64,000 nucleotides of DNA, from the NCBI RefSeq assembly GCF_018350175.1, contig NC_058368.1:28770001-28834000 (forward strand), written 5' to 3'. Positions 53,315 to 64,000 of this stretch are shown here, piece after piece. This stretch comes from Felis catus (taxonomy: Eukaryota). Position 1 is the first letter of the stretch, and each line of letters begins with the position of its first letter. The translations under genes were made by a program, and so were the position numbers. A model generated the notes under the pieces. It had not been told where the DNA came from, did not search any database, and worked only from the letters and a program-made list of their open reading frames with translations.

Positions 53315-54834
53315 GGAACATCTTTTACTAAGGCATTGTAAACTTTTCAATTCATTCCAAAGACACTTGAAAATTGGAAGAGTTGCTGCTGTGATGAGAA
53401 CCATATGTTTTCTATGTGCACATGCACTACACTCCAAGTAAATAAAATGAATGTATCATGAAATTAAGAACAAAAGGAACTAATACTCATCCTTTCATTT
53501 GCTTTCCTGTCAGTTAAATTATCTCAACAGTTCAAAGAGGATGTGTCCTATGTATTCTTTTTCTCATATTCCTTTCCTTTCCCTGAAAAGTCCTAATATT
53601 TTCCTATTCTTTTCCTTTTTTTTTTTAAGGGAGAAAGGTAGATAATTTCTCACTTGTAAACTAATCAATAATTACAGACCTTCCACTAAGCCCCCCAAAT
53701 AAGTGTATACCCAGAAAGCTTTAGTGTAGACATTCACTTTAATAAGAACGTTTTCCAGAGAAAATTACCCATACTATAAAAGGAGATTTTCCTTTTCTAG
53801 ATTTTATGTCAAGTGGTTATATATTTAAATTTTTCTCTAATAATTTGTCCCTAATCTGCATGTGAATAATAACCTTACATTATGTTAGAAGAACTTCTAC
53901 TTGCTGTTTTTACTATATTAAGGAGTTAGAAAAATTAAAAGTTTTTTTGCTGCCATTTCCCATATTTGTTGTTCAGTTAGTACCATAATTTATATCCCTA
54001 GATGATATTAACAATGCAGAAGGTATCTGGGAAAATTTTTCTTCCTCAATAAAAATCTTGATTAAATATTTTGAAATCTGTCAAAACTGTAATTACTATC
54101 TATGACAAAGGCAAAAGCATAACCTGAATTTATTTTGTATTCGTTCTATGGCCCACTAACTAATAACGTAGGTCTGATTTTTCTTCTGAAGCATTAATGC
54201 TCTTACGCAAGCAGTAGACAAATATGCAGACAAGAAAGTTACTTTTAGGATACAGAAGGAAAAGGATCTTGCCTATCAAGAAAGACAGAAACATGGTTGT
54301 AAAGAAAATATACTATTCCCAAGCATTGATAGTAATGTACTCTGTTCATGTAGTCAAGAGGAATAAGGAAAAACGAATCAGGAAATCTTATAAGTGACAA
54401 TTTGAAAAAGTCCATGGTAGCAAAGGTTGAAAAGACTTCCCAGCGTTTAAGAATGTAGAAAATTCAGTAACAGGGAGGGCCATTGTGCCCTTGAACACTG
54501 TCTGTTGCCATGGTGTTTGTGACACAGACTTTGAGGACCACAGGGCTGCTATGAACTTTACACAGTGGCACTGAGGGATTTTCTGCAGCCTGTCTCCAAA
54601 TGTACCTTTTCTTCATAAAGCATTGTGAATTAACCATTAATGAAAAATTTTAGCTGTATCAATTCAAGGAACCATGGCTTTTGATCAAATTTGCTTTTGT
54701 TGCATATATTACTTCCTTTTATGCTGTACTTCATTTTGAAGCAGTAATCTCCACTGTCTCTTAAATATTTAGGGGCTTCTATACCATTCTATTCTATGCC
54801 CTGAGGTCCCTTTGCCACATTGTATTGAAATTGA

Positions 54835-55050
54835 TTTTTTTAAAGTTTATTTATTTATTTTGAGAGAGGTAGAGACAGTGCAACTGGGGAAGGGGCAGAG
54901 AGGGAAAGGGGAAGAGAGAGAATCGCAAGCAGGCTCCACACTGCCATCATGACGCCCGATGCAGGGCTCAAACTCACAAAACCACGAGATCATAACCTGA
55001 GCTGAAACCAAGAGTTGGACGTTGAACCCACTGAGCCACCCAGGTGCCCC
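54835..55050 (-). mobile_element. CanSINE
   Basis: TSD tgaaattgatttttt. Confidence 0.94.
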
Positions 55051-55551
55051 TGAAATTGATTTTTTAAATATGATCTCTATACCACTGAAGTAAAGTCTAT
55101 GTTTTCTTTAGTTTGAATCGTCACCAAATATCATGTGCCCAGCACATCGGGAATGCTGAGTAAATATGTGTTGAGTGGATTAATAAAGAAAGAATAAGAT
55201 TTTGAATGTTCATAATCAGGAGTATTATTTTATTAAATGGTCATTAAGAAGTGTTATACTTCCAGTAGTAAGGAGAAATTGGAGGAAAGGAAAATAATAG
55301 CCTCTTAAACCTAAGGAACTTTAAGATCTGAAAAAATGTTTAAAATATCTACCATGTGTCAAGCCTTGTTTAAGGTATTTGGATAAAGATATTAAACTAC
55401 CCACACATACGCAGCTACACATAGGTAGCTCCAGGGCCCAATTGCCTAGGTCCATCAGCAGAGAAAGAAAAGAAAGGACACATGATTACCGGATAGTGTG
55501 ACGAAAGTGCACACAGGTTACTATGGTAGCATCGATGAGATGATGGTCCCA

Positions 55552-55671
55552 GATTGAGCCACCCAAGTGCCCTGAAACATCTTTTACTAAGGCATTGTAA
55601 ACTTTTAAATTCTTTCCAAAGACACTTGAAAATTGGAAGAGTTGCTGCTGTGACGAGAGTCATATATTTTC
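55552..55671 (+). repeat. Direct ~120-bp copy of 53294-53412
   Basis: Manual alignment gives about 10 differences in ~120 nt. Confidence 0.95.
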
Positions 55672-56329
55672 ATAGAAATGAAAATACATCATGGAAAATG
55701 ATGTGAACCCAGCAAAGTTGAGAGACTCTCTCAGGCAGAGAGACTAACATTTGCAGAGACTTAGCTATGTGACTTAGCTATGTGTAGTTAGGAAACTACA
55801 TATAATTAATTATCACTGGCACAGAGCTGAGGTTGCAAACAGAAGAGTGACAGGCGATGCGGCTGATGAGTTAGAAAAGGGTCAAATCATTTTGGCCTTC
55901 TAGTTAAGGAATCTGGATGCTATTCGTAAGAAGTGAGGAAGCCATTGGAAGATGTTAGGCACATTTCCACTAGCTAACTTTGCATTCACTCTTTAATGTT
56001 GTCCATGTGTTGGAACCAAGACAGAGAGAGACTTGTTAGGGGGCTGTTGCAATAGTCCAGGTACAATAGTCAGGTCCTTATGAAGGATCTGAACGAAGAG
56101 GGTGACAGTGGGGATAGAGTGGAGAGGACAAATAGCAGGGCTCTTTAGGCAGTAGGTAGAGTCATTGGAACTATGTGTGAGATGAAAGCCAAGATTCTCC
56201 CTCAGGGAGCACATAAGCCTGGTGGAAAAGTAAACAGAAGAGGAAAGAGAAAATTATTCTAAATTTTTGGCTGAATATAACGTGGGAGGAGAGTGACAGG
56301 AGAGGAGGCCAAGACTAAATCAAGAAGTT

Positions 56330-56610
56330 GAGAAGGGGAGGGCGGTTGAGGGGAGTGGCTACATTGGTGAAAGGAGTTAAGTACAGACTTCCAGTTATAA
56401 AATAAGTAAGTCATGAGGATGTAATGTACGGCATGGGGGAATATAATCAATAATATTATATTAACTTTGCAATGTGACAGATGGTGGTGATCATTTCACG
56501 ATGTATACAAATGTTGAATCACTATGTTGTACCACCTGAAACTAATTTAACATAATGTCGATTATATCTCAACACATAAATAAATAGCCTTTAGCAAAGA
56601 AAAAAAAAGG
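56330..56610 (+). mobile_element. L1MA9-like 3' end
   Basis: gtacagacttccagttataaaataagtaagtcatgaggatgtaatgtac..tgttgtaccacctgaaactaat. Confidence 0.85.
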
Positions 56611-56690
56611 GAGGGAGGGAGGAGGGAAGGATGAACCTTTGTTTCAAAGGTATTAGGAGTCATTTAAGGAATTTTAAAAAAAGAAGTGAC

Positions 56691-56990
56691 TTTTTTTTTC
56701 CTTCCCCTCCCCCATGGTCTTCTGTTAAGTTTTTCAGGATCCACATAAGAGTGAAAACATATGGTATCTGTCTTTCTCTGTATGACAACAACAACAATAA
56801 AGTTAGGGAGGGAGCCAAATCATAAGAGACTTAAAAACTGAGAATAAACTGAGGGTTGACGGGGGAAGAGGGGTGGGAGGGAGGGGAAAGTGGGTGATGG
56901 GCATTGAGGAGGGCACCTGTTGGGATGAGCACTGCGTGTTGTATGGAAACCAATTTGACAATAAATTTCATTAAAAAAGAAAAAAGAAAA
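56691..56990 (+). mobile_element. Young felid L1 3' fragment with a 5' inversion (56691-56786 inverted)
   Basis: Both parts match the L1 at 3841-4394, one as reverse complement; TSD core aagtgac. Confidence 0.93.
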
Positions 56991-58177
56991 AAAAGTGACA
57001 TGATTTTGAACAAAGAAGTGATTGTCAGTACTATAAAGAGCACATTGCCTCAAGGAGAGACTGAAGTTAGAGAAGCCAAATTGGTGATAAAAATCTAGGC
57101 CAGAGATGTAAAAACCTAAACGAAAACTGGGGATAGAAAGAGAGGGATAAATACAATTGACTTTTGGGTGACTTAATAGCTTAGACTTGGTGTTTAGCTG
57201 GCTCTTGATAAGGAAGGAGTGAAGTGTGCAAGATGACGGTAGAGGTTTGGTCGGATGGTAGGAAATGATGCTATTAACAGGGATAAAAGACACAGGAGAA
57301 AAAACGAAGTTGAGAAGAAAGTAATGAGACAAGTTTTAGACACGGTGAGTTTGAAGAGACTGGGAAATAACCAAGTACATGGTTTGACAGTCGCTCAGAA
57401 TATGAGGCTGGAGCTGAGGAGGAGTCTTGCTGTTGAAGATCATCATAGAGTTGGTAGCCGAAACAGTGGAATAGGTGAGAGGATTTAGGGAGAGTAGTCA
57501 CACGTAGCTCTTCAAGCACTGACATGTGGGTACCCAACTCTGCACACAGCCCTCCCACCCCTTCCGGTGGGTGCCCATGTACAAGTAGGCATAAGCTACT
57601 CTGCCCTAAACCTTGACCCCAGGAGACCATGTAAAAAGGTACTGAGAGAGATCCAATGAAGGAATATGGAAGAAATCAGTATCCAAGGAATTGCTACAAC
57701 AAAAAGATCCAACCTGAAAGACTGGAGAGAAATTGTTAGAGAGGTAGGAGGGATTCAGGAGAGGTGAACAACTGGAAGGGGCAACTTTTAAGAAACTGTC
57801 TGTGGTACATGAGTGGGCCAAGAGGTTAAGAGAAGAATTACATAGGCAGTGTGACCTTAGCCTTAGCTAATGTTTGTTGATTTGAATGCTCTAGTTGGAT
57901 GGAATGAGGGCATAAAGTAGGAGAACATGAGTACACTATAGAAGAATACAACTATAGTTTGAATTATTTTTCAGTATTTACATGGCTTTTCTTTATCTGG
58001 TGATACAGGTGCTCCTTCTAACTTTGCTGTCTATTCCTCATGTGGATTAGCCCTTTTGTTACTGGAAAACTTTAATGTCTGGAAATTGGCACTGAGTTTT
58101 CATCTTAGTTAGAAGGAAGAGGTCTCCAGACCACATTACCAGTAGAACCCAGATTAGAGGGGTATTCTAGGACTCCC

Positions 58178-58320
58178 TAGGGTAACCACACACATTGGCC
58201 TGCTTAAGATAACCCCTAAAATAGTCCCTGTTTACATTTGTTGCCCATTATTATTAACGATATCTCTTTTTAGTCTTAAAAGTGTGCCAGGGTGGACAAT
58301 AAATTGATGTGCCCACCCTA
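58178..58320. mobile_element. hAT-Blackjack MITE (MER81/MER94-like)
   Basis: Imperfect terminal inverted repeats tagggtaaccac..gtgcccacccta; ~143 bp. Confidence 0.55.
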
Positions 58321-60915
58321 CTTCAAGCTTTGTTAAAACTCTAGTGCAACAGCATATCTGAAAGCTTTTTAAAAAATAAAAACCACAAAGGTAAACTTTA
58401 GGAAATACTCATCTGTTTTTGAAGGAAAGAAAAAATGTTCTCAGTTTTTCTAAGAAAGAAACTCTGAAAGAAAGTATGGCTTAATTTGACAAGTAAAAGG
58501 AAAATATTCAAGATGTCAAAAAAAATCCATAACAAGTTAAAAAAAGAAAAGCAAGCATAAGCTAGAAAAATATCTGCAGCGTGTATTAAATGCAGTTAAT
58601 TTGCCTTTTTTACAAATGAGGAACTTCAGTAACTCAGTACTTATGAAGCTGTTATTGTTTTGATACAGAAAACCAAGAGAAAGAAATAGGGATATTAATT
58701 GTTCTAGGATATATTTCTTCCCCCCAACCCCCGCCCCTGAGCCTTTGTGACCTACTTATGGTTGTCCTATTTTGCAAGATACAAAAGAGCAATGTAATTT
58801 CCTCTGTGGCTATTGTGAGCAACCTTAATCTTGTTCTTGTATTATATTGTGGCCTAATTCAAATAAAAAACATGGAAACTAAGTCATGTATTTCTAATTC
58901 TAAAGTTACACTTCCTCTGAAGGCAATGGTTAAGAGCAAGTTAGTGTAACATGTTCCATGGGAAATCTCCAATTATTTTAGAGAGCCTTTGTATATTTAC
59001 ATTATTAGGAAGTGTTAATTTAAATATTATATTAAATTATAAGCCAACCCTAATAGAGCCATAGCTAAAATATGTTAGGGTTAAATTATGCAAACTCTTT
59101 GAAATAATGGTCAGTGGCTTAGTCTTGCTTAGGTCGACTGTTGCAAGCTTTCAGTGTCAGTGACCTAATTGGTTATATAATTTACAACCAACATTAATTT
59201 TTTTTAAATCAAATTGAGTATTGTCGGTTACAATAGATGTTTTACTTTCTTTTGTATTCAGTTTGTTTAAACTAAAACATAAAAATTTACCCATTTCTCC
59301 CACCCCTACCCCCTGCCTCTAGCAACAGCCAGTGTATTTTCTGTACCTATGAGCTTGATTTTTTTTAGTATATATATGTTAAATGTATTTTATTTACATA
59401 TTATAAATATACACATACATATTTTTTAGATTCCATATGTAAGAGATCATACAGGATTTGTCTTTCTTTGACTTAAGCTTCTTCTGCATCTGTTGAGATG
59501 ATCATCTTTATATCTACATTAACTCGTTTGCAGATGTTGAACCATTCTTACATCCCCACTTGATCATAGTGTATGATTCTTTTAATGTCGTGTTAAATTA
59601 TGGCTTGCTGATAATGTCGTTGAGAATTTTTACATCTGTGTTCATCCAGGATATTGACCTGTAGTTTTTCTTTCTTTTGGCATCTTTGTCTGGCTTTGGT
59701 ATCAGGGTAGGTGGCCTCATACAGTGAGTTTGAAAGAGGTCCCCTCTGTATTTTGGAAGAGTTTGAGAAAGATTGGTATTAATTCTTCTTTGAATGTTTG
59801 GTGGAATTCACTAGTGAAGCAGTCTGGTCTGGACTTTCATTTGTTGAGGGTTTTTTTTTTTTTTTTTTTTTTTTTTGGTTTTTTTTTTTGCTTTTTTGTT
59901 TTTTTTATGGCTTCAGTTTCCTTACTAGTAAACATGTTTGATATAAGTACAGCCATTTCTGCTTTCTTTTGGTTTTTGTTTGCATGGAATATCTTTTCTC
60001 ATTTCTTCACTTTCAGTCTGTATGTGTCTTTATGTCTAAAATGAATCTCTTCTAGGCAACGTATAGAAGGGTCTTGGTATTTTATCTATTTAGCCACTCT
60101 GTGTCTTTCAATTGGAGAAATTAGTCCATTTACATTCAAAGTAATTATTAATAGGTATGTGTTTATTGCCATTTTGTTAATTATTTTCTGGCTATTTCTA
60201 TAGTTTTTCTCTGTTTCTTTTTCTCTTACACTCTTCTTTAGTGGTTTGATGGCTTTCTTTAGTGTTATTCTTATATTCTCTTCTGTCTATTTTTTGTTAT
60301 TTCTTTCTAGTTACCGTGAGGCTTATATATATCTACAACAGTCTATTTTAAGTTGATAACAACTTAGTTTAATCCCATTATAAAGCTCAACATTCTTGCT
60401 CTTCCCCCTCATGTTTTGTTTTTGCTGTCACATCTTACATTTTTTATCTTATATGTCAATTAATTATTATAATCAAAGATGTTTTTACTACCTTGCCTAT
60501 TAACCTTCATACCATCTTTGTAAGTGATTAATCCTCTATCTTTACTATATATTTACCTTTCTGGTGAAATTTATTTTCATGTGTGTCCTCGTTACTAATT
60601 AACACCTTTTCTATTCGGCTTAAAGTCCTTTTAATATTTCTTGTAAGGCTCGGTTAGTGGTGATGACTCATTTAGCATTTGCTTGTCTGGAATACTCTGT
60701 TTTTCACTTCTGAATGATAACTTGCTAGGTAAAGTATTCTTGGTTGGCAAGGTTTTTTTTCAGTCCTTTGAATACCTTGTGCCATTCCCTCTGGCATGCA
60801 ATGTCGCTGCTGAAAAATCTGCTCATTGCTTTATGGGTGTTCCCTTCTATGTAACAAGTTGTTTGTCTACTGTTGCCTTTAATATACTCTCCTTGTCTTT
60901 AACTTTTGACATTTT

Positions 60916-61131
60916 GGGAGCACCTGGGTGGCTTGGTTGTGTAAGTGTCCAACTCTCAATTTTGGCTCAGGTCATGATCTCACAGCTCATGAGTTCAAGC
61001 CCCACATCAGGCTTTGTGCTGACAGAATGGGAATAAAATTCCAAGACCTTTATATATGCCTTCTGCCTCTTTCCCTGGTCCTTCTTCTCTCTTTCTCTCT
61101 CTCTCAAGATAAAGAAATAAACTTTAAAAAA
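60916..61131 (+). mobile_element. CanSINE nested in the L1 ORF1 region
   Basis: Head, CT tract and tail; TSD tgacatttt. Confidence 0.88.
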
Positions 61132-63640
61132 TGACATTTTAATTATAATGTGTCATGGTGTGGGTCTCTCAACTCCTCTTCTTCGGAACTTGCTGGGATT
61201 CTTGGGTCTGGATGTTTGTTTCCTTCCCCATGTTAGAGAAGTTTTCAGTTATTATTTTTTTAAGTAAGATTTCTGCCTCTTTAACTTCTCTTTCCCAGGG
61301 CCCTATAGTTCAAATGTTTGTTTGATGTTGTCCCTTAAGTCTCTTAAACTATCTTCACTTTTAAAAAAATTCTTTTTTCTTTTTGATGCTTTAATGGGGT
61401 TTGTTCCACTGCCTTGTCTTTGAATTGACTGATCCTATCTTCTACTTCATCTGTTCTGCTGTTGAACTTAATTAGCTCAGTTACTATATTCTTCAACATT
61501 GTGACTTCTATTTGATACTTTTTATATTTCTCAACTCTTTGTTGAAGTCCTCACTGTGTTCATCCATCCTTTTCAGTTTTGGGGGGTGGTTTTCCTTATG
61601 ACCATTACTTTGAAATTTTATTGGGTAAATTATTTATCTCCATTTTATTAAGATTTTTTCCCGAGGTTTTATCTTGTCCTTTCATTGGAACATATCCTTT
61701 GTTCTGTTTTTCATCTTGCTTAACTCTATTGGTTTTATACAATATATGAAATAACTACCTCTCCCAGTCTTAAAAGAGTGGCCTCATGTAGGAGATGAAC
61801 TTTATCATTCAATGCTGCCTCAGCTCTTGATTGTCTCTTAAATCTATATGCTTGTTCAAGCTGCCCATTATATTTTTAATATTTCCCAGTACCTGAAGAT
61901 GTGCCAAGACCTCTTGTCCCATAGGGGAGGATCTCAGCACTTGGACTCAGGCTAACTGGAAGCCACACCCTCAAGCATTAGCTTTTAAAAGTATGCAAAT
62001 ATATACAGTCCTGTGTACCATAACTATAGCCCCTCTGACCATGAGAACCAGGTGATCTAGAGGTGTCCACTGGATGACAGCCATAGAGATTGGGGCTACA
62101 AACAAGTGTCCAAGCCCTTTTCTAAGTGATACTGGGGAATTGGAGCAAGGCCAAGAAAGAGAAAGCCAAGATGGCATCCATAGCCTACATTCCTTGAGAG
62201 TGCTCCATGGGCTTCTAAATGTGTGCCAAACTGAAGCTTGTTCCTCAGGCTGAAGCTCCAGGACAAGCAAAGAGGCCTCCTTCACAGAAGATTGAAGAGT
62301 ATGCCTCAGTCCGCTGTCTTGCAGTGTCCTGGGCTGGTAGCCTGCCAAGCACCATCTTTATGATAGCCACAGTCTCATGGGACCCAGAAATGCAAGCCCC
62401 CCCAAGATACCAGAGCCAAGTATTAAGGAGTGTCCCTGGGTGACAGCTGCATTAACCAGGGCACCAGACACAAAAACTAGGGCACCAGATGTGTGTAAAG
62501 CTCCCTTCCAGGAGACACTGGTGCTTTGGAGCATGATAAAGTGTGAGTACAAAGATAGCGCCTGCCCTCCAAGGTCTCTAGACAGGATTACAGCCACCCC
62601 TAGGATGCATGTTTTATTAGAATATTGCCCCCCTCAGGCCTCAGTCATGATGATTAGCTAATAGTCCTCCTTCCTAGAATAACTGAGCTCCTGGATTTGT
62701 TGCCTATTGCTATGCCCTAGGGGTGGTAGCTTTTTAAGACCTCTCTGTCCTTTGGTTACAGTCCTGTGGGACTCACTGTATAAGCCCCACTGGCCACCAG
62801 AGCCATGTGATGTAGAGGTATCTTCTGGCAGAAGTCACAAAAGTCAGGGGCCACATAGGGGTATGAGCTTCTTTCTGGGTGATGCCAATTATCAGTTGTA
62901 TGGGACCAGGAATGCAAACTCCCCGGCCTCCAGAGCCAGGTGATCAAGAGGTGACTCCCAGGTCGTAGTCACAAAAATTGAGGCACCAGATCCATGTAAA
63001 AGCTCTCTTCCAGGAGTTACTGGTGTTCTGGAATATGGGAGAGGGAGAGCATGAAGATGGCCTGTGCCAGTCTCTATCCCCACAGAGTATTCCAGCAGGC
63101 TTCTACATGTGTGTATTAAGTTATATGCCTGTACCTCAGGCCAGTTCTTTAATATAAGCAGGTGAGCCTCCTTCACTTTAAGTCTGGGCACAGTCAGCTG
63201 CCTCTGAGCTGGGCCCCGGGACAGGGGAGTCTGAGCGCACAATCCTCTAAGAGCAGTTTCTCAGAATCACTAGAGTCTTGTGGGTCTCAGGATGTAAGCC
63301 CTGTTGGCTTTCAAAGTTAGATGTTTTGGGGGGCTCATCTCTCAAGTATATGTCTTAAAAGTTGGGATGCTCAGTGTGGGGTTTGGACCCTTCGTTCCTC
63401 AGGGTGAAGCTCCACATTTTGAGATCCCTCCCAGTTACAGGATGCTGCACTGGGGGTGAGGTTTATGGTGAGACTGTGTCCCAGCCTCTCCTCCCTGCTT
63501 TGATGGTTTTCTTCTCATTTGCCCAGTGTGTAATCATCAGGCAGCTAGCCTTTAGATTTTTCTAAAAGGAAATTATTTCATCTGATGCTGTACAATCTGT
63601 GTGTCCACGGGGGGAGGTGAGTTCGGGATCTTCCTACACT

Positions 63641-63649
63641 GCCATCTTG
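63641..63649 (-). promoter_or_regulatory. YY1-type motif at the L1 5' end
   Basis: CAAGATGGC 12-20 nt from the L1 start, where L1 internal promoters carry a YY1 site. Confidence 0.65.
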
Positions 63650-63759
63650 AATTGTCACCCTAGATGTTTTACTTAGCACAAAGAGGTATTTATTGTTAAC
63701 TTTATTATTTCACCTTGATTATGCAAAACACAATTAACCTCTAGTTCTTTTCTCTTTAG

Positions 63760-63831
63760 CACATGATAGTGATGGAAGACATGCTGAAAGACTTTCTTCT
63801 TGGAGAACACCTATTATTGGTTGGCAATCAG
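63760..63831 (+). CDS. VWA8: VWA8 exon H (72 nt, phase 0->0): HMIVMEDMLKDFLLGEHLLLVGNQ
   Basis: ttctctttag|CAC acceptor and CAG|gtgagt donor. LLLVGNQ looks like the start of a Walker A loop completed in the next exon, outside the window. Confidence 0.95.
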
Positions 63832-64000
63832 GTGAGTTATGGCTGGAACTCAGGTACTAATGAATAAATGATAGTAACAGTTTAAAAGCAGTAAGTCTCT
63901 TCTTGTTGGAATATGTTTTTAGAAGTGATTCTTCTTTTTCCTACCAAAATGACTGATTTAATTAAGTAAAGAGGGCCTTCTACCTTGTAAGTTTTAGAAT

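Larger units (their letters stand above)
59248..63660 (-). mobile_element. L1 with both termini present (5' UTR, decayed ORF1, partial ORF2, 3' end) and large internal deletions
   Basis: 14-bp TSD tagatgttttactt at 59234-59247 and 63661-63674. Minus strand starts gggtgacaattCAAGATGGC. Confidence 0.88.

Noticed and set aside
56820..57332. Longest ORF in the track (170 aa, minus strand)
   Set aside because: It runs through L1 3' UTR and L2-like sequence, is low-complexity and has no recognisable domain.
61971..63565. Cluster of 60-125 aa ORFs on both strands
   Set aside because: They lie in the higher-GC repetitive L1 5' UTR, where stop codons are rarer; no coding signature.
1..64000. Prokaryote-type novel system, CRISPR array or endogenous viral gene
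   Set aside because: The sequence is mammalian intron/exon DNA with no regularly spaced repeat-spacer array and no long non-L1 ORF.

Overview
Mammalian, almost certainly felid, genomic DNA: AT-rich and CpG-depleted, with about 30 carnivore tRNA-derived CanSINEs (several of the young felid SINEC_Fc type) and felid or carnivore L1s. The window lies inside one + strand gene. Eight GT-AG exons (161, 114, 169, 78, 116, 107, 107 and 72 nt; 924 nt, 308 codons) splice into one stop-free frame that I recognise as the middle of VWA8 (KIAA0564), an AAA+ ATPase/VWA protein; these are probably exons ~13-20. The rest is intron filled with L1, SINE, L2, MIR, MER5 and LTR relics. I found no prokaryote-type system, CRISPR array or new gene. 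The best leads are: two in-frame tandem 5' splice sites; a three-exon block that would back-splice into a stop-free 363-nt ring flanked by inverted SINEs; a ~120-bp templated local duplication; a twin-primed L1; a TSD-bounded L1 with both ends intact but large internal deletions next to an exon; and a small CpG-retaining unique patch. Repeat family names come from pattern recognition, not a database search, and old-repeat boundaries are approximate.
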